This document shows, piece after piece, positions 28,980 through 38,582 of a stretch of DNA of 64,000 nt. The notes under the pieces were generated by a model. The model was not told the origin of the DNA. It ran no database searches and worked only from the letters and a program-made list of their open reading frames with translations. The stretch comes from an uncultured Acidobacteriota bacterium (GTDB lineage Bacteria > Acidobacteriota > Thermoanaerobaculia > Thermoanaerobaculales > Sulfomarinibacteraceae). Each line of letters begins with the position of its first letter. Positions within the stretch are counted from its first letter, which is position 1. A program made the position numbers and the translations under genes. Location of the stretch: positions 8,039 to 72,038 of the forward strand of contig CAVSIS010000051.1 of NCBI GenBank assembly GCA_963727925.1, written 5' to 3'.

Positions 28980-29924
28980 CTAGCGGTCCGCCAGGGTCAC
29001 GATGATCTCGCCGGAGGCGCTTTCGACGTCAAGCGTCGACCCGCTGCCTTGCAACGTAACCGTGTCGCCAGCCTCGTTGACAGTGCCGGGAAGGTCGCAG
29101 CGAATCGTCCCGGTCGTGGTGTGGAGCGTGCCTGCGGGGCGCGTCGCTGCTGGGAGCACGATCTGGACCTTGCCGGAGGCGGTGGTGACCTTGACCTCGC
29201 TCCCGTCCGGAAGGCGGTCCCATCGCAGGGTGATCTTGCCGTTCGAGGTCTCAACCGAAGCCGAGCCTGAGAGGTTGTTGATCCAGACGTTACCCGAGGA
29301 CGTGTCGACCTCGAGGCGCCGGCTCCCGCCGGACAGGGTGACGTCGCCTGACGAGCTGCGTGCGAAAAACGTCTCCAGCGGGCGCACCAGCTCGAATCGG
29401 CAGCTCCCGGAGGCGGAGCGAATGTCGATCGAGCGGGCCGCCCCGGTCATCTCCACGTCGCCGGTCGAGCTGCGCAGCATGAGCGGGTCGGCATTGGGGA
29501 AGTCGCCGTGCAGCGAGATGGCGCCGCTGGTGGTGGTGATGTCGGGGATGACAGTGGTCGGCGCCACGACGCCGAGGCGCGCGCGTGCGGTGAGGAGGCC
29601 GAAGCCGAGGAAGCCCGAGTGGCCGGGATGCACGGCGACGGTGAGCCGGTCCTGGCCGTCAGCAGCCTCAGGCGTGTGCTGCTCGACCCATGACGTCGCG
29701 CGCTCCTCGCCGATGCCGCTGATTCGCAGCTCGGTCGTGACCTCGATGTCGGGGACGTCGGCCGCGCGCACCGAAACGTCCAGGGTCGCCGCGTCGACGA
29801 CCACGCGCTTGCTGTCGCGCGCGGGGTACTTGTGGGTCTCGTTGAGCTCCTTCTGAGCTGCAACTGACGGTCGGGCCAAGGCGGTGACGGCGAGCAGGGC
29901 GATTGGCAGGGTACGCCGCATCAT
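28980..29924 (-). CDS. Secreted DUF4097-family beta-repeat protein
   Basis: Signal peptide MMRRTLPIALLAVTALARPSVA. Repeated SGD/SGN/SGK strand motifs (SSSGDVTLSGG, TSSGNVWINN, TASGKVQIVLP). The start ATG overlaps the upstream gene's stop (ATGA). Confidence 0.75.
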   Translation of the reverse strand: MMRRTLPIALLAVTALARPSVAAQKELNETHKYPARDSKRVVVDAATLDVSVRAADVPDIEVTTELRISGIGEERATSWVEQHTPEAADGQDRLTVAVHPGHSGFLGFGLLTARARLGVVAPTTVIPDITTTSGAISLHGDFPNADPLMLRSSTGDVEMTGAARSIDIRSASGSCRFELVRPLETFFARSSSGDVTLSGGSRRLEVDTSSGNVWINNLSGSASVETSNGKITLRWDRLPDGSEVKVTTASGKVQIVLPAATRPAGTLHTTTGTIRCDLPGTVNEAGDTVTLQGSGSTLDVESASGEIIVTLADR

Positions 29925-31030
29925 CGGGGTCCTCCAGAGGCGTCAGGGGTCGGGAATCGGATCACTGTGGCCCGTCGCGGGGAGCGTCGGGAATCGGTTG
30001 ATCGCTCCTCGAGGCGGGGGTTGGTGGCTGCGGCGAAGGACCGCGCAGCGAGCTCCGGCGAGAGGCTGCCGAGCCAGCGGCGGATACGCCGAAGGGCGGC
30101 ATTGACCGTCGAGGGACTGACGTTGAGCGATCGCGATGCGGCGGCGGCTGAGGGTTCCAGGCCGTCGAGCTCGACGACCGCCAGGATGACGGCGATCGCC
30201 CATGGCTCCAGCGCCTGCGGGCGGACGGCCTCGGCGTCGGCAAACGCGCGCCACAGGCGGCGCGCGGCGAGCTGGAGCAGCTCGGGGATTTCGAGCACGG
30301 CCGCAACCCTGTCGATCGCCAGGTCCACTTCGCCCTCACCTCCGCTCAAGGGTCTGAGCGTGGACCGCCAGGAGGTGATCAATGCGGCTTCTGCAGACGA
30401 TCGCCGACGAGCCTCGAGGAGACTCTGGGTGGCGTCGCGTAGCAGCTCGGCGTCGGGGTGACGGCGAACGGCCTCTCGGAGAAGCTGCTCTGCGTCGGAC
30501 GGCCGGCCCACCGACGCGAGCAGGTTGGCCTTGAGACTGAAGAGGAACACCTCGAGCTCGTCGGGGAGCTCGAGCGTCGGAATCGAGTCGAGGAGATCGA
30601 GGGCTTCCGGGAGTCGTCCCTGCTCGGTCAGGATCATGGCGAGCTGAACAGGGAGGTGCCCGGCGTCGGGGAAGACACTCCAGCCCATGCGCAGCGTTTC
30701 TTCAGCGTGCTCGTCCTCGCCGAGAGCGGAGCTGGCGGCGGCCATCAGGTGGCACGCGTGAGGTGATTCCTCGAGCTCCCACGAGCGCTGTGCGGCTTGA
30801 AGTGCGCGTTCCGCGAGGCCCATGGCGAGCAGGGCGGTCGCCTTCCAGATCAGGAGCTGCGCCTCGATGGCCCCGCGCTGGCTGACCAGCGGAAGGAGTC
30901 GCTCCACTTCGGCGAGCACTCTCCGGTGGCGGCCCAGAGTGCTCCACTCCAGGCAGCGCTCAAGCGAACGCTCGACACGAACCGCGAGGCGGTCGTCGCC
31001 AGAGGTTGGCTCGCTGGTCATCAAGGTCAT
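29921..31030 (-). CDS. Cytoplasmic protein with N-terminal TPR-like helical repeats and a C-terminal sigma-70 region-4-like HTH
   Basis: The C-terminus LEPWAIAVILAVVELDGLEPSAAAASRSLNVSPSTVNAALRRIRRWL fits the sigma70_r4_2 pattern. No region 2 is seen. The start is ambiguous (31030 or 31021). Confidence 0.55.
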   Translation of the reverse strand: MTLMTSEPTSGDDRLAVRVERSLERCLEWSTLGRHRRVLAEVERLLPLVSQRGAIEAQLLIWKATALLAMGLAERALQAAQRSWELEESPHACHLMAAASSALGEDEHAEETLRMGWSVFPDAGHLPVQLAMILTEQGRLPEALDLLDSIPTLELPDELEVFLFSLKANLLASVGRPSDAEQLLREAVRRHPDAELLRDATQSLLEARRRSSAEAALITSWRSTLRPLSGGEGEVDLAIDRVAAVLEIPELLQLAARRLWRAFADAEAVRPQALEPWAIAVILAVVELDGLEPSAAAASRSLNVSPSTVNAALRRIRRWLGSLSPELAARSFAAATNPRLEERSTDSRRSPRRATVIRFPTPDASGGPR

Positions 31031-31167
31031 GCTAGCAGAGAGCCGAGCGGCTGCCTGGACCGTGGAGAACCCTTGGACCGGGCGCAACGTACAGAACAGG
31101 TATCGTGAAGGCGTCGCCGGCTCCGCGGGGTCGGGCGCCCAAGTTCATTACAGAGGAGGAAAGGTCC

Positions 31168-34100
31168 ATGCGTCGTACAGCGACTCGCGCCCTCGTTGGC
31201 GCCCTACTACTGACCGCTTCGACAGCCCTCGCGCAGGTCGACGCCCGCATGCTGCGGTACCCGGACGTTTCGGCGGACCGGATCGCATTCGTGTACGCGG
31301 GCGACATCTGGATCGTTCCCAAAGAGGGCGGGGTCGCCCAGCGGCTCAGCACGCCTTCGGGCGAAGAGGAGTTCCCGCGTTTCTCTCCCGACGGCCAGAC
31401 CCTCGCGTATAGCGCTGACTACGACGGCAACCTCGACGTCTACACGCTGCCGGTCGAGGGAGGTCTACCGGCCCGGATCACGCACAACCCGGCGCCGGAC
31501 CGGGTGGTGGACTGGTACCCGGACGGTCGGCAGCTGCTGTTCGCCACCCGCATGACCAGCGGGAAGGACCGCTTCAACCAGCTCTACCGCGTCTCGAGGA
31601 ACGGTGGGCTCCCCGAGAAGCTGCCCCTCCCTTACGGCGAATTCGCCATGGTCGCGGCCGACGGCCATCGCCTGGCCTACATGCCGATCAGTCGGGACTT
31701 CCGAACCTGGAAGCGATATCGGGGCGGCATGGCGCCGGACATCTGGCTCTTCGACCTCGTGTCGCACACCTCGAAGAACCTCACCGACAACGTCGCCAAC
31801 GACAGCCAGCCCATGTGGTTCGGCGACACCCTCTATTTCCTTTCCGACCGCGGCGAGGCGATGCGCGCCAACATCTGGGCGCTCGACTCCAAGACCAACG
31901 CCGTCCGCCAGGTCACCCATTTCGATCAGTACGACATCCACTTCCCGGCTATCGGGCCTTCGGACATCGTGTTCGAGGCGTCTGGCCGGTTGTACCGGCT
32001 CGAGCTGCCGAGCGAGACCCTGCGCGAGGTCAAGGTCGAGGTCGTCACCGACCGCACGACCCTCCGCCCCCGCATTGTCAACGTCAGTGAGCTGGTCCAC
32101 GGAGCGACGGTCTCGCCGTCCGCCAAGCGAGTCATCGTCGAGGCGCGCGGGGAGCTCTTCAGCGTTCCGGCCGAGCACGGCCCGATCCTCGACCTGACGC
32201 GGACCTCGGGCTTCGCCGAGCGCAATCCCTCCTGGTCGCCCGACGGCAAGACGGTCGCCTACTTCTCGGACGCGACCGGTGAGTACGAGCTCTGGCTGCG
32301 TCCGGCCGACGGCAGCGGTGAGGCGCGCAAAGTGACCTCGATGGGCCCGGGTTTCAGGTATGACCTGTTCTGGTCGCCGGATTCCACGCACGTCGCCTTC
32401 GTCGACCAGGCGATGAACATCAATCTCTGCGATGTCGCCACTGGCGAGGTGACGCCGGTCGACAAGGGCCTCTACCTGATGGAAGGCGCGTTGCGCACCT
32501 TCACCATCAGCTGGTCTCCGGACAGCCGCTGGCTCGCCTGGGCTCGTGCCGTCGGCCGTCGGACCGGAGCGGTCTTCCTCTACGACCGGACCACGAAGAC
32601 CCGTCACCAGGTCACCTCGGGTTTCTACGACGTTGGAGCGCCTGTCTTCGACCCCGATGGGAGGTACCTCTACGTGCTGACAGACCGGAGCTTCGACCCG
32701 AGCTACAGCAGCTACGATCCCACCTGGATCTACGCCAACGCGACCACGGTCGCCGCCATCCCGCTGCGCGCGGACGTGGCGTCCCCGCTGGCACCGCGCA
32801 ACGACGTCGAAGGCGCGGCGGAGGACACCGCCCCCACGAACGGTGAGAAGAAGGCGGACGACGCAGCGCCGAAGAAGGGGGCGAAGGGGGTGGCCGACAA
32901 GGCCGAGGCGAAGCCTGAGGAGAAGAAGGCGCCGGAGCCGGTGAAGATCGACCTCGACGGCTTCGAAGAGCGTCTCGTCGAGCTGCCGCTCGACCCAGGC
33001 AACTACCGCAACCTGGCCGCGGTGAGCGGCAGTGTATTGGTCCTGCGCAGGCCCCGCACAGGTTCGGCGGACAAACAAAGCCCGATCGTAATGTGGGACC
33101 TCAAGGAGCGCGAGGAGAAGGCGGTGCTCGACGACGCGGACGGCTTCGCAGTCTCTGCGGATGGCAAGAAGCTGCTGGTCCTGAGCAGCGGCAAGCTCGC
33201 GCTGGTCGATGTGGCGCCCAAACAGAAGATCGACAAACCGCTTCGCACCGGCGAGCTCGAGATGTCCGTCGATCCGGTCGCGGAATGGCGCCAAATCTTC
33301 AACGACGCCTGGCGCTTCGAGCGCGACTTCTTCTACGACCCGAACATGCACGGCGTCGACTGGCCCGAAATGCGGGAGCGCTACGGCAAGTTGCTCGACG
33401 ACGTCGTGACCCGCTGGGACCTCAACTATGTGATCGGCGAGCTCATCGCCGAGCTCAGCTCCTCGCACTCCTACCGCGGCGGCGGAGACGTCGAGAAGGG
33501 GCTCGAACGAGGCGTCGGACTCCTCGGTGTCGACTTCACCCTGGAGCAGGGGGCGTATCGGATCGCCCGGATTCTGGATGGCGCCCCATGGGACAGCGAG
33601 GCCCGCTCACCGCTCAACGAACCCGGGTTGAAGGTGACGACAGGTGACTGGTTGCTGGCGGTGAACGGCGTGCCGCTCGATGTCTCGGTCGATCCGTGGG
33701 CGGCATTCCAGGGCCTGGCCGACACGACGGTCACGCTGACCGTCAACGGTGCGCCGACGATGGCGGGGGCGCACGACATCCTGGTCAAGACGCTCGCCGA
33801 CGACTACCGCCTCCGCAACCTCGACTGGATCAACACCAAGCGTCTGGTGGTCGAGAAGGCGACCAACGGACGGGTGGGCTACATCTACGTTCCGGACACA
33901 GGGCGGAACGGGCAGAAGGAGCTGGCGCGCCAGTTCTATGGACAGTACGGGGCGGAGGGCCTGATCATCGATGAGCGCTTCAACTCGGGTGGTCAGATCC
34001 CGGACCGTTTCGTCGAGCTCCTGTCACGCGATGTGCTCGCCTACTGGGGTGTCCGCGACGGCCGCGATTGGCAGTGGCCGCCGGTCTCCAACAGTGGTCC

Positions 34101-34476
34101 GAAGGCCATGCTCATCAACGGCTGGAGTGGCTCAGGCGGTGACTGCTTCCCGTACTTCTTCCGTGAGGAGAAGGTGGGTCCGCTGATCGGTACCCGGACC
34201 TGGGGCGGACTGATCGGAATCTCGGGTTCGCCTGACCTGATCGATGGCGGCCGCGTGACTGTGCCGACGTTCAGCTTCTACGATCTCGACGGTAGGTGGG
34301 CGGTCGAGGGCCACGGCGTCGACCCCGACATCGAGGTCGTGGACGATCCGGCACTCATGGTCGACGGCGGCGACCCGCAGCTGGAGCGGGCGATCGAGGA
34401 GGTCATGAAGGCGCTCGACGCGCATCCGAACCGACCACCGACCCGCGAACCGAACCCAATTCGATCGGGCCGCTGA
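31168..34476 (+). CDS. Tricorn protease homolog (beta-propellers, PDZ, S41 peptidase), secreted
   Basis: Signal peptide MRRTATRALVGALLLTASTALAQ, then RYPDVSADRIAFVYAGDIWIVPKEGG. Repeated SPDG propeller motifs. C-terminal S41-like core with INGWSGSGGDCF. GAGGAGGAAAGG RBS. Confidence 0.85.
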   Translation: MRRTATRALVGALLLTASTALAQVDARMLRYPDVSADRIAFVYAGDIWIVPKEGGVAQRLSTPSGEEEFPRFSPDGQTLAYSADYDGNLDVYTLPVEGGLPARITHNPAPDRVVDWYPDGRQLLFATRMTSGKDRFNQLYRVSRNGGLPEKLPLPYGEFAMVAADGHRLAYMPISRDFRTWKRYRGGMAPDIWLFDLVSHTSKNLTDNVANDSQPMWFGDTLYFLSDRGEAMRANIWALDSKTNAVRQVTHFDQYDIHFPAIGPSDIVFEASGRLYRLELPSETLREVKVEVVTDRTTLRPRIVNVSELVHGATVSPSAKRVIVEARGELFSVPAEHGPILDLTRTSGFAERNPSWSPDGKTVAYFSDATGEYELWLRPADGSGEARKVTSMGPGFRYDLFWSPDSTHVAFVDQAMNINLCDVATGEVTPVDKGLYLMEGALRTFTISWSPDSRWLAWARAVGRRTGAVFLYDRTTKTRHQVTSGFYDVGAPVFDPDGRYLYVLTDRSFDPSYSSYDPTWIYANATTVAAIPLRADVASPLAPRNDVEGAAEDTAPTNGEKKADDAAPKKGAKGVADKAEAKPEEKKAPEPVKIDLDGFEERLVELPLDPGNYRNLAAVSGSVLVLRRPRTGSADKQSPIVMWDLKEREEKAVLDDADGFAVSADGKKLLVLSSGKLALVDVAPKQKIDKPLRTGELEMSVDPVAEWRQIFNDAWRFERDFFYDPNMHGVDWPEMRERYGKLLDDVVTRWDLNYVIGELIAELSSSHSYRGGGDVEKGLERGVGLLGVDFTLEQGAYRIARILDGAPWDSEARSPLNEPGLKVTTGDWLLAVNGVPLDVSVDPWAAFQGLADTTVTLTVNGAPTMAGAHDILVKTLADDYRLRNLDWINTKRLVVEKATNGRVGYIYVPDTGRNGQKELARQFYGQYGAEGLIIDERFNSGGQIPDRFVELLSRDVLAYWGVRDGRDWQWPPVSNSGPKAMLINGWSGSGGDCFPYFFREEKVGPLIGTRTWGGLIGISGSPDLIDGGRVTVPTFSFYDLDGRWAVEGHGVDPDIEVVDDPALMVDGGDPQLERAIEEVMKALDAHPNRPPTREPNPIRSGR

Positions 34477-34678
34477 GCCCGGCCGGGGCGGACAGGACGA
34501 CCGGCACCCCAGGGCGCCGGTCGATGTCTTGGGTCGGAACCGCACCCAGGACCCAGTGTCGGTGTAGTCCTCCCCGTGCGGGGCCGTCGACTGACACAGG
34601 CTCCCTGCTGCGGGAACCGGGGAGTGCCGATCTGCGTTCAGTGGAATGCAGGCCACGCGGCAGAAAGAGAGGGTGTGC

Positions 34679-35521
34679 ATGGAAAGCCTCAACCGAAGCT
34701 GGCGGCTGGTAAAGGCGAGCGCGGCGGTGCTCCGGGCCGACGTCGAGCTGCTGGTGTTCCCGGTTCTGGCCTCGATCGCCTCGCTTCTGGTGGTGCTGAG
34801 CTTCGCGGCGCCGCTGGTTCTCGGGGGCGTTTTCGACCGCCTGGTCACGGGCGGGCGGGTGGGTCTGGCCTCCGCCGTGATCGGCTTCACTTTCTACTTC
34901 ATTCAGTTCTTCATCACGATCTTCGCCAACTCGGCGTTGATCGGCGCCGCGATGATCCGCCTTGACGGTGGCAACCCGACGGTCGGCGACGGGTTCCGTG
35001 CTGCCATGTCTCGCATCGTCCCGATCCTCGGCTGGACCGCCGTCGCGGCGACCGTCGGGCTGGTGCTCAAGTCGGCCTCACGGCGGGGTCGTGGCATCGG
35101 TCGCATGCTCTTCGGCCTGGTCGGCGTGGCCTGGTCCGTGGCGACCTTTCTGGTCGTGCCGGTCGTGGTGGTCGAGGGCCTCGGTCCGATCGACGCGGTC
35201 AAGCGCAGCGTCGAGCTGCTCAAGCGGACCTGGGGTGAGCAGCTTGCCGGGACGGTCGGGCTGTGGCTGGTGTTCCGGATCGCCACGGTGGCGCTGATCG
35301 TCGTCGCGGTACCGGGGATCGTGCTCGCGGTCCAGCATGAAGCGTGGCCGGTGCTCGCGGTCGTTGTCGGCGTGCTGGTCGTCGGGCTCATCGCCGTGAA
35401 TCTGGTCGGGACAGCGCTCAGCGCCGTGTACGCCGCTGCGGTCTACCGATTCGCGGCGAAAGGCACTGCCGAGGGACCGTTCTCGGCCGAGCTGGTGCGG
35501 GGCGCGTTCCAGTCGCGCTGA
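34679..35521 (+). CDS. Polytopic membrane protein, DUF6159-like
   Basis: MESLNRSWRLVKAS..., then 5-6 hydrophobic segments and a KRSVELLKRTWGEQL loop. The family name is recalled from memory and unverified. Confidence 0.55.
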   Translation: MESLNRSWRLVKASAAVLRADVELLVFPVLASIASLLVVLSFAAPLVLGGVFDRLVTGGRVGLASAVIGFTFYFIQFFITIFANSALIGAAMIRLDGGNPTVGDGFRAAMSRIVPILGWTAVAATVGLVLKSASRRGRGIGRMLFGLVGVAWSVATFLVVPVVVVEGLGPIDAVKRSVELLKRTWGEQLAGTVGLWLVFRIATVALIVVAVPGIVLAVQHEAWPVLAVVVGVLVVGLIAVNLVGTALSAVYAAAVYRFAAKGTAEGPFSAELVRGAFQSR

Positions 35522-35617
35522 ACCTCCATCCCGAGAGGCCCTCCTGCCGCGGCGTGGCGACTGGCTTGCCGCGCTGTGGCAGAATAGGTCAACGTCACCC
35601 GGAGTGGGAGGTCCCTA

Positions 35618-36814
35618 ATGGAGACGTCACCCGTCGTCATCGCCGGAGCGGTCCGGACCCCGATCGGAGCCATCGGAGGCGGTCTTGCCGCCCTCGAGGC
35701 TCGCCCCCTCGCCACAGCGTGCCTGAAAGCCCTGCTCGAACGGACCGGGCTCGACCCTGCCCGGGTCGAGTACACCTGCATGGGCTGGGTCATGCAGGAC
35801 CCGCGCTCGCCCAATCTGGCAAAAACCGCAGCCGAGTTCGCGGGCGTACCGCCGACCTCACCCGGGACCACGTTCCACGAGAATTGCGCCTCGGGCGGCG
35901 CTGCGATCCACAGCCTGGCACGCCGCATCCGGCTCGGCGAGCTGCGCCTCGGCCTTGCCGGCGGCGTGGAGTCGATGTCGAACGTCGCCCGCTACCTCTT
36001 CTCCGGGCGAACCAAGGGACAGCTCTACGGCGACATGACGCTGGTCGACGGCCTCTTCGGCGCGCTCACCGACACTAACGTCGGCAAGGGCGAGCTCATG
36101 GGGCTGCTCACCGAACGGATCGTGGAGCGCTACGGGCTGACCCGCGAAGAGCAGGACGAGGTGGCCTATCGCAGCCATCACAACGCCTTGGCCGCCTGGG
36201 AGAGCGGTGCATTCGGCGACTACGTGGTTCCGGTTGAGGTGCCGCAGCGCAAGGGCGACCCCAAGGTGGTCGCGCGCGACGAGGGACCCCGACCCTTGAG
36301 CCGCGAGGAGCTCGCCGGGGCACGGCCGTACTTCAAGAAGGACGGTGGCACGATCACGGCGATCAACGCCTCGAGCCTGAACGACGCCGCGGCTGCAGTC
36401 GTGCTGACCACCGAGTCCTACGCCGCCGAGCTCGGGCTCGAGCCGCTCGCGGAGCTGGTCGGGTTTTGGAACGTGGGCGTCGAGCGCGAGTACATGGGCG
36501 AAGGCGCCTTCAAGGTCATCCCGCCGCTGCTCGAGCGCGTGGGGCTGACCTTGGACGACGTCGACCTGCTCGAGATCAACGAGGCGTTTGCGGCGGTGGT
36601 CGCGGCGGCCTACCACTTCCTGCCCGGGCTACGACACGAGCGTGTCAACCAGTGGGGGAGCGGGATCTCGCTCGGACATCCAGTGGGCTCAACCGGCGCT
36701 CGCCAGGTGGTCGACATGGTCCACCAGCTCAGGCGCCGGGGCGCGAAGGTGGGCCTGACCAGCCGCTGCGTCGGCGGCGGCATCGGCAGCGGCGAGGTCG
36801 TACGGGCGTACTGA
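35618..36814 (+). CDS. Thiolase (acetyl-CoA C-acyltransferase family)
   Basis: 398 aa. Active-site region ENCASGGAAI and C-terminal RCVGGGIGSG. GGGAGG RBS. Confidence 0.9.
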   Translation: METSPVVIAGAVRTPIGAIGGGLAALEARPLATACLKALLERTGLDPARVEYTCMGWVMQDPRSPNLAKTAAEFAGVPPTSPGTTFHENCASGGAAIHSLARRIRLGELRLGLAGGVESMSNVARYLFSGRTKGQLYGDMTLVDGLFGALTDTNVGKGELMGLLTERIVERYGLTREEQDEVAYRSHHNALAAWESGAFGDYVVPVEVPQRKGDPKVVARDEGPRPLSREELAGARPYFKKDGGTITAINASSLNDAAAAVVLTTESYAAELGLEPLAELVGFWNVGVEREYMGEGAFKVIPPLLERVGLTLDDVDLLEINEAFAAVVAAAYHFLPGLRHERVNQWGSGISLGHPVGSTGARQVVDMVHQLRRRGAKVGLTSRCVGGGIGSGEVVRAY

Positions 36815-36820
36815 CCAAGG

Positions 36821-37687
36821 TCAGCCCTTCCGGAGCACGCGGACCAGACCCTCCTGAATGGTCGAGGCGACCAGGCGGCCGTCGCGGCTGAAGAGCTGGC
36901 CGCGGACCAAGGCGCGCGCGCCGGAGGCGCTCGGGCTGTCGACCGAATACAGCAGCCAGTCGTCGAAGCGAAAGGGCCGATGGAACCACATCCCGTGGTC
37001 GAGCGAGGCGAGCTTCTGGCCGCGCTGCCAGAAGGTGCGTCCGTGGGGCTGCAGGGCAGTGATCAGGAAGTTGAAGTCCGAGGCGTAGGCGAGCAGGTAG
37101 CGGTGGACGCGCGGGTCATCGGGAAGCTTGCCGTTGGTACGGATCCAGACTTGGCGCTGCGGCGGGATTGGCTGCGGGTCGCGGGGGTCCATGTGCTGTA
37201 CCGCCCGGACCTCGATCGGCTTGTCGCCGATGAAGGTGCTGTGCATGACCCCGGGGATGAGGTCGAGGTAGCGGCGGGCGAAGTCGGTGTCCGATTCGAG
37301 GGTCTCCGGCTCGGGGACGAGGGGCATATCGTCGGCGTGGTCGAACCCTTCCTCGACATGGTGGAACGACGCGGCCATGAAGAAGATGGCCTCGCCGTGC
37401 TGGATCGCGCGGACGCGCCGGGTGGTGAAGCTGCGCCCGTCGCGTATCCTCTCGACCTCGTAGACGATGCTCCTGGACACGTCCCCGGGGCGTAGGAAGT
37501 AGCAGTGGAGGGAGTGGACGCTGCGTTCGTCGACGACGGTCTGCTCGGCGGCCGACAGCGCCTGGCCGATGACCTGTCCGCCGAAGACCGCGCCGAAGCC
37601 GAGATCCTGGCTCGGCCCGCGGAAAATCGTGTCCTCGATGCGTTCCAGCCTGAGCTGTTGCAGCAGGCCGTCGAGCGGCGTGGTCAT
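36821..37687 (-). CDS. tesB: Acyl-CoA thioesterase II
   Basis: LERIEDTIFRGPSQDLGFGAVFGGQVIGQAL and a double hotdog layout. GGAGG RBS before ATG 37687. Confidence 0.9.
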   Translation of the reverse strand: MTTPLDGLLQQLRLERIEDTIFRGPSQDLGFGAVFGGQVIGQALSAAEQTVVDERSVHSLHCYFLRPGDVSRSIVYEVERIRDGRSFTTRRVRAIQHGEAIFFMAASFHHVEEGFDHADDMPLVPEPETLESDTDFARRYLDLIPGVMHSTFIGDKPIEVRAVQHMDPRDPQPIPPQRQVWIRTNGKLPDDPRVHRYLLAYASDFNFLITALQPHGRTFWQRGQKLASLDHGMWFHRPFRFDDWLLYSVDSPSASGARALVRGQLFSRDGRLVASTIQEGLVRVLRKG

Positions 37688-37853
37688 CGGAACCTCCAGG
37701 GCGTCAGGGTAACCCGCCCTTCTCACCACGTCACGAGGGCGCCGGGACCCGCCATCGATGCACATCGCATACAGCGGAAGCTCAGGCTACTACTGGTGGG
37801 TCACCTCCTCCAGCGGGAGCGGTAGCTACTCACTGTGGCTGAAGACCCCGTAG

Positions 37854-38156
37854 CCGTCGAGTCACGACCGGCAGGAACCGTTCGGTAAGGTCGGTCTCGA
37901 GGTGCTCGGTCGAGGCGTACCGGTGGTGCTTGCGGACGTGGGCGGCACGGCCGAGTCGTCGCGCGCCGGTTGCCTACGAGTCCGGGCGGGAGTCATAGGG
38001 GCGATGGCACGGGCGGTGGATCGGCCGGCGCGGGAGCCTGAGACGGCTCGGCTCTTGGGCGAGAAGGGTCGAGCCGCGGTCGCCCCTGGCTTCGCTCGGG
38101 CCCGGGTCGAACCCGAGTTGCGTCGCATCCACGAGGAGGTCTCCTTTGACGTGTGA
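37854..38156 (+). pseudogene. Truncated C-terminal remnant of a GT1/GT4-type glycosyltransferase
   Basis: The open frame after TAG 37851-53 reads ..EPFGKVGLEVLGRGVPVVLADVGGTAE..GCLV..LLGEKGRAAV. This matches only the last ~100 aa of group-1 glycosyltransferases (E-x-FG...G-x-PVV...GG..E). No N-terminal domain lies upstream, because the tesB promoter region is adjacent. Confidence 0.5.
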
Positions 38157-38186
38157 GGAGTCTACCCGGGTGATAATGGGCGGGTA

Positions 38187-38582
38187 ATGAGCGAACCTGC
38201 ACGTGGGCTGATCCTCCGCTCCGAGGCGCCCGACCTGCGACCCCTGCCGGTCTTCGCCTACGGGAGCCTCCTCGAGCCAGCATTCCTCGAGCGGCTCGTC
38301 GAGCACCCGGTGGCGAGCGAGCCGGCACGCCTGTACGGATATTGCGTAGAGATTCTCTCGACCTTCCAGTGGCCGATCCTGGTGGCGAAGCATGGCGAGT
38401 TGGTTGCCGGGAGGATTCACCGCGGGCTCGACGGCCGCGACCTCGAACGGATCGACGCCTATGAGGGCGTTGCGGAAGGTCTCTACGAGCGGGTCGAGGT
38501 CGAGGTGCGGGCCGGGAGCGGCGAAGTGCTGCAGCCTGCATTCGTCTACCTGCCGACAGCACGGACGTTGGCGCGTGGCTGA
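38187..38582 (+). CDS. Gamma-glutamylcyclotransferase-like (AIG2/GGACT family) protein
   Basis: LPVFAYGSLLEPAFLERL and IDAYEGV...YERVEVEV, typical of the AIG2-like fold. Confidence 0.7.
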   Translation: MSEPARGLILRSEAPDLRPLPVFAYGSLLEPAFLERLVEHPVASEPARLYGYCVEILSTFQWPILVAKHGELVAGRIHRGLDGRDLERIDAYEGVAEGLYERVEVEVRAGSGEVLQPAFVYLPTARTLARG

